Made by a program: the position numbers and the translations under genes. DNA of 64,000 nucleotides from positions 620,001-684,000 of the forward strand of contig OZ361257.1 in the NCBI GenBank assembly GCA_977018835.1, given 5' to 3'. The notes beneath the pieces are model-generated. The model worked only from the letters and a program-made list of their open reading frames with translations, made no database searches and was not told the origin of the DNA. Positions 12,194-22,570 of the stretch are shown here, one piece after another. Within the stretch, counting starts at the first letter, position 1. Every line of letters starts with the position of its first letter. Origin of the DNA: Minutocellus sp. GHC0000111 (Eukaryota).

Positions 12194-13829
12194 ATGGAAG
12201 CCCCAATAATAATAATTTCTCGCTGTCGTCGCCCGCGGCGGCCGGCGCCAAGACCCGCCGCGCACTTACAACTGGCAGCGGCGGTGACTTTACTTGCTAC
12301 GCTGATGGGGACTGCTATGGGCCACACACCTTTCGGTTCACCGCTTGGTGGCACTGCAGCATCGAGATGGGCACCGCCCTCCTTTGTTGAACGCAACAAT
12401 CACAGAAGGCGAACAGATTTTGACAGAAGAAACTTGTCTCAGTTGGCGAGTCTTCGAGGGGGCACAAGCGCCGATGATGGACTTATGCCCGACGACTTGG
12501 CTTTGGATGCACCGATAAGCGATGTCACAGGTGCCGATGTCAATGGACTGTCGTTGCCACGAGGTGGTGGAGTACAGCGCAAATCCACGAAATTGCCGAT
12601 GACGCCACAGGATGCGCTGGCGGCGGCATCGGAAGCGGCGGCATCGGGATCGGCTGCTGCTGGCGCTGGCGGCCCGGTGGATCCATCCCTGAAGGACGAA
12701 CCGATCTGCCGAACCGATGAGGAGGGATCGCGATTTTCGCTCTTTCCGATTGAGCATGCAGATCTTTGGTCGATGTACAAGCAGCACGTGGCGTCGTTCT
12801 GGACGGCCGATGAGATCGACCTGTCGGCCGACCTCACCGACTGGCACGAGAAGCTGACGCCGAACGAAAAGCACTTTATTTCCATGGTGCTGGCTTTCTT
12901 TGCTGGGGCCGATGGCATTGTGGTTGAAAATCTCGCAGAACGTTTCTGCCGGGAGGTGACAGTGCCAGAGGCGAGGTGTTTTTATGGTTTCCAAATGGCG
13001 ATGGAGTCGATTCATCAGGAAACCTACTGCCTCCTGATTGACACTTATATCACCGACCCGGCCGAACGGGCCAAGCTTTTCTCGGCCCATACCAGCGTCC
13101 CCAGCGTGAAGAAGAAGGCACGGTGGGCCCAAAGATACATCGGCAGCGAGGCATCCTTCGCGGAAAGATTGGTCGCCTTTGCTTGCGTGGAGGGAATATT
13201 CTTCGCGGGATCCTTCTGTTCCATCTTCTGGCTCAAGAAGCGTGGTCTGATGCCGGGCCTTACCTTCTCCAACGAGCTTATCAGCCGCGACGAGGGCCTC
13301 CATTGCTCCTTTGCTTGCCAGCTTTACTCAAAGCTGGAAAATAAGCTGTCCGAGCAGGCACTTCATAAGATCATCCGAGAGGCCGTCGAGGTGGAGAGGG
13401 GCTTTATCTGCGACGCTTTGCCCGTGAGTCTTATCGGGATGAATTCTGGTCTCATGGGACAATATATTGAATTTGTAGCAGATAGGCTTCTGTCAGACTT
13501 GGGATACAAGCCGCTTTACGGCAGCAAGAATCCATTTGGATGTAAGTTTTCTGGTTGCTTTGTGATTGTCGAATGTTTTGTTTTCGATGTTTCTTTTGAT
13601 CATAATAGTTGGCCAAATATTTTCTCTCTGACCGCCTCCAAATCTTTTCACTTACGACCTTCTTCAACAAACAGGGATGGATATGATTAGTCTCGAGGGT
13701 AAGACAAATTTCTTCGAGAAACGAGTGGCGGAATACCAAAAGAGCGGCGTGATGGCATCTTTGGCATCATCCGAGGGCGGCAAAAAGGCAGCCGCAGCTA
13801 CCGACTTAAATTTTGACGCCGACTTTTAA
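12194..13829 (+). CDS. RRM2: Ribonucleoside-diphosphate reductase small subunit (class Ia R2) with long N-terminal presequence; intron 13542-13674
   Basis: [32 protein letters not shown] (radical Tyr), VEGIFF, SRDEGLH; exon 2 gives [23 protein letters not shown]...FDADF*. Confidence 0.95.
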
Positions 13830-14333
13830 AATGCAAGGGCGGGCACCACCCAAAACAAAAGATTAAAAACAAGGATTGATGCAATAATGCACTTTTTATT
13901 ATTTGTTGTTTGTAGAGGAACAAGGAGAAAGATGAAGAGGTTCTGTAAAAAAGTGGAGAAAGAGACAGTCGACCGACAGCTGGATGCTTGCTAAAATCCA
14001 AGCGGGCCGAAACGTTCTGCAGCAATATTTCATAAGTAATAATCAAACCACTTCATCGAGGACTCGTAGACAAGTTAACGGGTCTACAAAGCTCGGCGTG
14101 TGCCGCATCTAGAACGAGAGTTACATGTTGTTCGCCTCCCCCTTCAATTTTACCAACTCAAAACGGAGGCCGTGAGGATTGACTCGCTCGACAAAATTAA
14201 CAAAGTCTTTCCTTCGTCCGTTTTTTTTTGTTTCCGGGTCTCTTTGACAAGTAAGGCGGTAATCGCCTGAGAAAACCTGCTCCTGAATTCCCCGTCATCT
14301 TTTGTATCAAGCAAGGAAGAGATCACAGCAACC

Positions 14334-15048
14334 ATGCCGGCTAGCCAATCTGTTCAGGTCTTCGGAAAGTAAGTCGGGCAACGAGAAGTGATGTTGTGGT
14401 GGCGCGCGGATGGGCGGCTTGCAGCGCGGGTGGACGATGAGCGGCAAAATCGCGCCATGGGCGGTCCGGTCCGGTTGGCCGTAATAGGTTATGTGCCCGT
14501 GTCCACCACGGCGGTACCAGGCACCATGGTGGTCGTTGACGAGCAAGAGGCAGCGTGCATGCGGCTATTATCGACTGGGCATAGGGGATATTAGTGGCGT
14601 ATGCGCAATTATCGGTTTATCTAACTTGTGGTGCCTTTTCTTCGTATTTTTCTCGCTGCTTGTCGACTTCAGGAAAAAGACGGCCACTGCTTGCGCTTTT
14701 GCCAAGCAGGGCCGTGGCCTCATCAAGGTCAATGGCCAGCCCATTGAGCTTATCGAGCCCGAGCCCCTCCGACTCAAGGCCTTCGAGCCCGTCCTTGTCC
14801 TCGGACAGGAGAAGTTCGCCAACCTTGACATCCGCATCCGCGTCAAGGGTGGTGGTATGACTGCCCAGATCTACGCTATCCGTGCCGCCTACCACGCCAA
14901 GTACGTTGACGAGTCCAGCAAGAACGAGCTCCGCAAGACCCTCATGGCCTACGACCGCAACCTCCTTGTTTCCGATCCCCGTAGATGTGAGCCCAAGAAG
15001 TACGGTGGTCGCTCCGCCCGTTCTCGTTTCCAGAAGTCGTACCGTTAG
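14334..15048 (+). CDS. RPS16: 40S ribosomal protein S16 (uS9); intron 14369-14672; apparent 7-codon internal deletion
   Basis: [18 protein letters not shown]...IKVNGQP...[10 protein letters not shown]...[24 protein letters not shown]. Confidence 0.95.
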
Positions 15049-15615
15049 ATCGGTGCTGGTAGACTAAAAAGAAAAGAAAAACGAGGGCAAAACTATTCTA
15101 AGACACCTTTGTACATTTCATTTCATTCATTGCTCACGCGCATCTTGACTTGAATTGCCACGATTGATCAGCAGCTTTTTGGGGATGCAGTGCTGTGCCG
15201 GTGGATATGCAGTTTGGATTGACTGCATGGGTGGTGGGTGCTTGACCTTGCTATGCTGCTGGTGGAAGGTCGTTCGAGTGGAAACCTATTATTTTTAGGC
15301 AGCAGCAGGCAAGCATGCCATGTACCATCGGCGCCCTCCAGTCATTACTACGTTGCAGCCACGTGCCACATTCTCCATCTCTCCATAGTACACCGTCAAA
15401 GGAACCGACTTGCACCACCACCTGCAGCGTTGCCTAGCGTAAAAAGGGATCCCCCCCTTTGGATTTTCCCCGGAATGGCTAGTTTCGAGAATGAACCCGC
15501 CAAATAAATGCAAAGCAAAGGCAGCGCAACCTCTCTCAAATGCCAATGCAAATTCCCAACCCAAATCCCCACCAGAAATAACGACGAATCTCTCCTCACG
15601 AAGACTTCTCCCTCC

Positions 15616-17892
15616 ATGAACACCCGTCTCCTTCTACCCCCGGTCAAGGCGGCAACCGTTCAGTTCCCCCCGTCGTGCCCTGTCGTCTTCTTTCGCTCAT
15701 CGGCGGAATGCGCCACAAGCACATGCGACACGGAAAAATCTTAATGTGCCGGAAATGGCGGCGACGATGAACACGAAGGTATTATCAATCCCAACATCCA
15801 GCGACACGGCACGGCTATAGGTTTGGGCATTGTGAGATCCGTCTACATTGATCTATCGCCCGAATCGGGCCGGCAGCTGTTTTATACCATCGAAGTCCTC
15901 CCCAAGCGCAACCGCAAGCACAAGCGCAACAAGGATATGCCACCGGCCGACTCCACATCCAGCACCTCGGCGTCGTCATCTGGCACAGAGGATGCTTCGG
16001 CCTTGACCAGCGATGAACCAGAAACAATTCAAGTTCCCGAATGGTCGCTCCGATATGCTCCCAACTGTCCCGCCCTGTTCGACCTATCATGCTTCAACAA
16101 CGAGGACGACGATCACGACGCTCAGGATCGACCCTCCACAATTGTTTCCAACGTGGTCGCCGGGACGACGGCGGCATCGTCGGTAGTCAAGGGCATCATC
16201 CTCTGCGGCTTGCCTACCCTTTCCGAGGATGAAGATGGGGTCACCTTTGTCTACTCTGCATTGGTCCACCACACTGACGGTGATCAGTACTACGAGGTCC
16301 ATGATATCCCTCTTCACGCCATCCGGTTTGATCCTACGGCACACCGCGAGGTCCCTTCTACCGACAAGGCTAGTAGCTCTTCTACTACATTTGCTGCTAC
16401 AACCACAGGCACCACCACTTTTACCTATGATAACGATGTCACGTCTTCAAGTTTTGCATGCAAGGAGAATAATTTGGAGGATCCCACCGATCCCATTGAT
16501 GCTACGTCCAGTCACAAGGACGAGAAGGACAAGGAACCCAAGGTCATTGGGATTGACATCGAGCATACCTTCAATGATCCCATGGCCATCCCGCCCAATA
16601 CCAATGTCGGGTCTGATGTCAAGTCTAGCAAAGAATCGTCATCGCCTACGTCGACCTCCAGGCGCACCAGCGCCAAAAGCAGTCGCCGCAACCGCGACCG
16701 CGACAGTACTCCGTCTCCAAGCAAGAAGTCAAGGTCAGAGCGGTCGAGCGAAAAGAAGGAACGGCGCAAGAAGGAACGGAGGGAGAGAAGCAGCAGCCCT
16801 CGCAGGAGCCGCCGTCGTGATCATCGATCTCGTAGCTGCAGCCGTGACCGCAAGTCTCGTAGCAGCCGAAGCCGAAAGCACAGCTACGGTAGCCGCAGCA
16901 GCCGAAGCCGCAGCCTCGATAATCAACGTGGCCGTAGAAGCTTCAGCTATGACCGGTACGAGCGCCGAGGTCGCTCGCCCAGCCGTGGCCATCGGTCATT
17001 CAGCCGCAGCAGGAGCCGTGAGCGTCGTGAACGCGCTCGCAGCCGCCGAGATCTATCTTTAGGAGATCCTTCTATTCGCCAGCGTTCGTGCTGTGTACCT
17101 GCCCAACCTCTTGAAGCCATGAGGCCCCAGGGAAATCACTACATTATTCAAATGCCAAGCAAGCAGCTTGAATATGCGAGTTCCCACACCAAGGATACAA
17201 GTACAACCACACCAACGTGGACACCACCGGCCCAAGTCGATAAGTCTCGCCAAGTAGCATTTCCTCGTTGGCTGGATGTCGATAGTGTCGTCCGTGCAGT
17301 GTCAAAGCACCAGCAAGCTTTCCAGGAAGGTCAGGGCTTTTCCCTTTCAGTTGAAAATTTTCGCATCAAGGTCAGCTTGGATGGCATCATGGTGGACCCC
17401 GATATTTCCCCAGCCGACTTGCCCCGGGCTCTGCTTGTGATCAAAGAGAGGCTCTGCCAACTCGTCAAGGATGACGGTGCGTATCACCGGCTACTCTATG
17501 ACTTCGCAGTCTTCGACATTGAGAAGATAGGGCATTACGACGGAGGGCCAGTCCATGTTGTAGATCCCCTCACCGACGGTGCTTCTTCTTGGTACACTGA
17601 CCAAAAGCGCCCATGGATGATGATTATTGACACACCCTATTCGCAACAAAAGAGCTCCTTCCACACCCGGTTCATTGTTGGGGAAAACGGTTGTCGAGTT
17701 TTAGAGCTGCAGAGGCAGTTTGGGTGCATGATCTCCGTTTTCCATCAACGTGGGGGGCGCACTTCGGGTATGTGTCAGCCTTACATTTCTATCAGCTCAG
17801 AGCAAAAGCAAAATGTGGCCCGTGCAGCTGAAGCAATTCGAACTATTATTCGAGAGCACCAAAACACTTGCGATTGCTCTCTTCGGATGTGA
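15616..17892 (+). CDS. RS-rich protein with C-terminal KH-like domain; in-frame TAA at 15742-15744 interrupts the likely N-terminus
   Basis: ORFs 15508-15744 and 15823-17892 share one frame, separated by a single stop; long Arg/Ser tract; FHTRFIVGENGCRVLELQRQFGCMISV (GxxG KH loop). Confidence 0.6.
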
Positions 17893-18273
17893 AATTAGAA
17901 GGAAGGTGGTTGATCGAAATGCATGAGTGCTGGAGCGGGGGCGGTGATCAGTAGGAAACGAAGGGACGAAATGAGGTATGGAAGCGCCGAAGGATGAGAG
18001 GGAGCGCAAAGAAAGATTCAACGAGGAAAAAATAAAAGAAAAATGCATACGTTTACATATTGACACTAAAATAAGCAGGGTTGCTACTACGATGATACTC
18101 TACTCTCGAGACTAGAATAGTAGGGTGCATGTAGATTCAAATTCTATAGTCTTTATTTACAATTTGTTTCAACAAAAGTGACAAATATTTAGCACGCTGG
18201 GACTGCTAGTCGCGTCAGTTCTGCAAAATAGCTTTGTCTGAACAGTTTAGTCGCACATGGATTACTGATAGAG

Positions 18274-19680
18274 CTATGCCATAAGGGCTCTTGTTGAATT
18301 GCCCTTGCGCCCAGCCCCCCGACCAAGGGGGACCTTGCGGCTTGACCCCGTGGAGGGATCGTCGGCCTGCTTCGGCTCCTGTCCCAGTGCCTGTAGGGCC
18401 TTGCTCACCTCGGCGATGTCCATATCGACTGGCACATCACCATTGCTAGCGTTGGATTTGCGGCTGCTCCTTCGCTTGCCCTGCTGGAGGAGCTTTCGGG
18501 TGTCAGTTGTGGTAGGAGAGCTACTAGTTGTAGAGGGGATGGTGCCGACGGCGAGGCTGGTGCCATTGGTGCTGGTGGTAGTCTTATTGGTTTGCATCAC
18601 AGTGGAGTTGGATGGGATAGAGCAGAGGTTCGACCCTCGCTTTCGTGCCTTTTTGGGTGGTTCGGCAGATGTTCGTGCCGCCAACTGCTGCTGTTGCATC
18701 TGCATCTGAATCTGCATTTGCTGGCGCATGTCGGCCGCGGCGTTCATGTCCAGCCGTCTCTGACTCCGCTGCTGCTGCTGGACCAGCATAGTCTGCTTGA
18801 CGTCGGCGTGCTTCTGCTTGATCCCACCGGCGGATCGTCGCTTCTTCCAGTCCCGTTCGCATGCCTTTTGGAGACTTCTTACGACCTTGATGTCAGAATC
18901 GTTCTGGATGGCATATTCCAGTGCCGTGCACTCGTCGTTGTCCTCGATGTTGACGGTGGTGGGGGAGAGTTTGCACAGGTAACGGATGACCTCCAGCACG
19001 GCCTCCTTGTGGGGCTTGTCGTCCGAACGGCGGGGGGCGTAGTTGGATCCGTAGAATTCGGCGGCGTAGTGGAGGGGAGTTTTGCCGTGGACGTCCTGCG
19101 TGGCAGCGGCGGCCGGGTCCATCTCGGCCAGGTAGCGGACGACGCGCGGAGGTGCTCCCCACTTGGCCGCGACGTGGAGCGGCGATCGGTTCATGGGATC
19201 TGGTCGTGCGGCGACATCCGGAGGGAGTAGATCGGCGATGCATCGGATGACGTCCATGGGTGGATGGAAGCGGGAGGCATAGGCCAGGGCCGACTCGGCG
19301 GCAAAGTCATTTGACGATGAGAGCTGGTTCTGAACGGCGATCTGGCCAACCTCCGTCGATAGGAGCATCCGAAATCGATCCCAGTCCTGAGCGGCCATTA
19401 TCCGTGATATGCTTCCAGAAGTCTGCTGCTTGCGATCTTGCGTGAAGGGCAATGCTGCCGAGGAGCTGTCAATGCCATCAACGAGGCATTGCTTGTCAAC
19501 TTCGGCCTGCTGTTGTGCACCAACATCGTGACTGCCGACTTCATCAGCGCCAGGGGGTGATGACCGGAGGAAAGTCTTGATACGATTCGTCATACTACTC
19601 TCTGCCTTGGATTCTTCGGTAGTAGCGACGGAGAGAGACCTGCCAGAACTATTGCTGCAGATCTCACGGCTGACGTTCAT
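18274..19680 (-). CDS. Ankyrin-repeat protein with low-complexity Q/T-rich tail
   Basis: RSPLHVAAKWGAP, GKTPLHYAA and CTALEYAI ankyrin motifs; first ATG taken at MNVSRE. Confidence 0.8.
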   Translation of the reverse strand: MNVSREICSNSSGRSLSVATTEESKAESSMTNRIKTFLRSSPPGADEVGSHDVGAQQQAEVDKQCLVDGIDSSSAALPFTQDRKQQTSGSISRIMAAQDWDRFRMLLSTEVGQIAVQNQLSSSNDFAAESALAYASRFHPPMDVIRCIADLLPPDVAARPDPMNRSPLHVAAKWGAPPRVVRYLAEMDPAAAATQDVHGKTPLHYAAEFYGSNYAPRRSDDKPHKEAVLEVIRYLCKLSPTTVNIEDNDECTALEYAIQNDSDIKVVRSLQKACERDWKKRRSAGGIKQKHADVKQTMLVQQQQRSQRRLDMNAAADMRQQMQIQMQMQQQQLAARTSAEPPKKARKRGSNLCSIPSNSTVMQTNKTTTSTNGTSLAVGTIPSTTSSSPTTTDTRKLLQQGKRRSSRKSNASNGDVPVDMDIAEVSKALQALGQEPKQADDPSTGSSRKVPLGRGAGRKGNSTRALMA

Positions 19681-20768
19681 TGCGATATTCGAAGAGTGAG
19701 TGTGGGCGATCAGTCTTGGGCTGTTCTTCTTCCCAACACTGCGACGGAAAATGGATCTACTACCGGAAATTACTCCCGGCTGTGCAAAAAGCGAAGCATG
19801 GCAACACACGATGCTCGACGTCGCAGTGGACTTTTTCTCCGAGAGAGGCCGAAATTGTGCGTGATCTATGCAGACCAAAGAATGTGGCGGTGTCACATCT
19901 TACACAATCACGACCTTGCTACAGCCCGCTTCAGGCAGGCCTGTCGCCAGACATTTCCAGATGACGCACCCCTGGTCGGGATCCCAGCCCTGCAACGGCA
20001 AAACTTCAAGGTGGAAAAGGCCTGCCGCTAACTGTGCCGGCGAAAAGACCAATCTCGGATGAGAAATAAGCCCGCTGCGACGTTTCCCGGACCTCTGTGC
20101 AGGATTGGAGCAATGACCGTCGACGAAAGAGTGGTTGTTGCGGTCCTGGGCTGGAGCAAGCGGTAACGCGCCAATAATTGCAGGAGGGCGGGAATATGGT
20201 GCGGCCGCCGACACTTCTGGCGAATAATAATCCAGCACTAACTGGCGGCTTTTGCGGAACTTTGCGGCTTACACGATCTTCGCCACACATGATTTGAGGT
20301 AGGCGGAGCAATAAGAGGTAGGCGGGGAATAATTCTTATCATAACATACGCGTTGTGGGATGGGTACAAATCAAAATATGCCGACGGCACCAGCAATGGT
20401 CTACATGCATATGATCAGATCAGATCTGCAACGTGGCTACATGAAGGGGGGAACCTCTGTTCTACATGTATGTGCGGCGTTCAGTTTGAATCGAATCTGT
20501 CTGGTAGGTGTGTGACGATTTGCTGCAGAAGAATTCTTCAGTTGGATATGACCATTCAGTTCAGTAAATAAGAGTAAAGCGACAGGACGGAAGTACATCG
20601 AAATGACGGTGCTGCTGGCTAAAAGGGGTATGAAGTTATAATATTATTACATAATAATACGATCGTACTACATTGTAGCTAGATCTAATTTGCATCGGGA
20701 AATACGATCGTTCGTTATCTCATGCCGACCTAAAATAGATTCACTTCGTAGGACAGAGAAAAGAGAAT

Positions 20769-22037
20769 CTAATCCCAGCCTTTGGCGTTCTCAAGAATGT
20801 GAGCAAACGTGACGCCGTTGAAAGAGTACAATTCTCCACCTTCTACAATATCTTCGCCAATACAGGCCCTGCACTTGCAGTGTCCGCAACGGGGGTGATA
20901 TGCGTGTAGGTTGGGATAAATTGCCACTGTCTTCGCTATCATGTCAACTTTCCTGCCAGCATCCTCGGTGCGAGCTTCACATATAAATTCCATCGTAGTA
21001 GATATAGCATGATCAGGGAAATACCCACGTTCTCCTGTCTCAAGACGGTCGAAGCAATCTTTGGCACCTTCTTCTAGCGCGATGGCTGCGCCGGCTATGG
21101 CGAAGTCTACTTCAATTCCACTGTCTGGATCACCCGGCTCATCCGCACGCACGACGTAGTATCCCCCAAAATTACCTGTGGCACCAGCGCTGTAGATGCA
21201 AAGACCTTCCAACTTGCTGTCCCGTGTGCGGCGGACGAGGTGCACAGTTGCATGAACAGGTCCGAGGAGCGTTGAGCAGTCGTCTCCGTCGAACCCATAG
21301 CTTCCGCGTGCCTTTGAGATGATGTCGACCCTCTCGCTGTTGGCCAAAGTAATAGGATCGACGTCAATTTCTATCTCCGAATTCTCATAATGTTCGGAAA
21401 TATCGAGTAGTCTTTTGAGACTTACTCCTTGCAGTACCTTGGAGAGTAGTGGCGCCTCGTCATATCCCTTGCCTCCAAAGATTTGAAGAACGAGCCAGTA
21501 GTTTTCGGGCTTACACTCCAGATCCTTCAGCTTGGGCATCCCTCCTTCCTTCGTTTCTGGAGCACCGGCAGCAGCAAGGCACTGGGCATCTTCGGGGATG
21601 GCGGGAGCCCAGCTGCGCTCCTTGCACATTTCCTTTATCGCAAGCACCCGAAAGAGACGTTCGAATCGGTCGCCCTTTGCCGTTTCATCATCGTCATCCT
21701 CCGAAGCAAGGAGCTTGGCCTCCCTCAGCTGCTCCATCATCTCGCTGCCGAACCGATCACGGCACAGCCCTACCCACAGATCGGACCGATTGGGGAACAT
21801 GCAGACCGATACCTCCTTGGAAAGGAGGAGGGCCGTCTTGGCCAGCTGACGGAAGTGCAGGGCCTTGGACTGGCCGAGGATGTAGGCCACGTCGGCAAAG
21901 TTTGGCTGGGATTGATGCTGAGGATGGGCGGGCTGGGATTTCAGGGAAGGATCGGGAGATGAGGCGGCAGCGGCAGGTGGCAGTGCCGACATCTCCTCCG
22001 TGAGACGGGCTCGCTTGGACAGTGGGAGCTCCGACAT
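20769..22037 (-). CDS. Hypothetical protein, possible degenerate F-box-like N-terminal segment
   Basis: Uninterrupted ORF of more than 420 codons; segment DVAYILG...LHFRQLAKTALLLSKEV...LWVGLCRDRFG resembles an F-box. Start at MSELPLSKR is inferred. Confidence 0.6.
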   Translation of the reverse strand: MSELPLSKRARLTEEMSALPPAAAASSPDPSLKSQPAHPQHQSQPNFADVAYILGQSKALHFRQLAKTALLLSKEVSVCMFPNRSDLWVGLCRDRFGSEMMEQLREAKLLASEDDDDETAKGDRFERLFRVLAIKEMCKERSWAPAIPEDAQCLAAAGAPETKEGGMPKLKDLECKPENYWLVLQIFGGKGYDEAPLLSKVLQGVSLKRLLDISEHYENSEIEIDVDPITLANSERVDIISKARGSYGFDGDDCSTLLGPVHATVHLVRRTRDSKLEGLCIYSAGATGNFGGYYVVRADEPGDPDSGIEVDFAIAGAAIALEEGAKDCFDRLETGERGYFPDHAISTTMEFICEARTEDAGRKVDMIAKTVAIYPNLHAYHPRCGHCKCRACIGEDIVEGGELYSFNGVTFAHILENAKGWD

Positions 22038-22570
22038 CTTCGCTGAGTCTACAGGGCGCCCTCTGACCAGACCAAAGAAGAATGCGGGAAGCCCACGTTG
22101 CTGTCGGCTATCGGGTACCCTCGAGTGAAGCCGATGATGCAGTGAGGTTGCCGGTCCCAGAGCTGTTGCCAGCAGGTTGCCGGTTGCCGAGTTGCCGATG
22201 CTCTCGCTCCGCAGGCCAGCAGTCTTCAAGTTCTAAAGTTCAGGGAAACACCCTGAAATTCAAAATCACAAACAAAAAATCAGACTTGATGATGAGACCA
22301 AAACAAAAAAAGGAATAAGATACGTCGTACGGCACACAAGATCTAGCTGGCATTTTTTACAAATAATGCGTCTATATTTTAGAATGCTGCTTTGCCAACA
22401 AGTTAGATTCATTCATGTAAACGATAAACGATGGCACCCCTGGTTGAGCTTGAATAAAATATGTGCCGGTCGATTCTTCTTGCGCCCGGCCCGGCATGGT
22501 GTAATACTTCTTTTTTATGTGAACATTGATTGGAACTTTTTCATTTCATCCCCCGCAATATTTTTGTATC

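Noticed and set aside
14369..14672. snoRNA in the RPS16 intron
   Set aside because: No convincing box C/box D pair or H/ACA hairpins by eye.
11268..15744. Stop-codon reassignment as the explanation for the in-frame TAG and TAA
   Set aside because: TAA, TAG and TGA all end conserved genes at the expected positions here (PP5, R2, RPS16, ClpP, PHPT1), and long genes have no internal stops.
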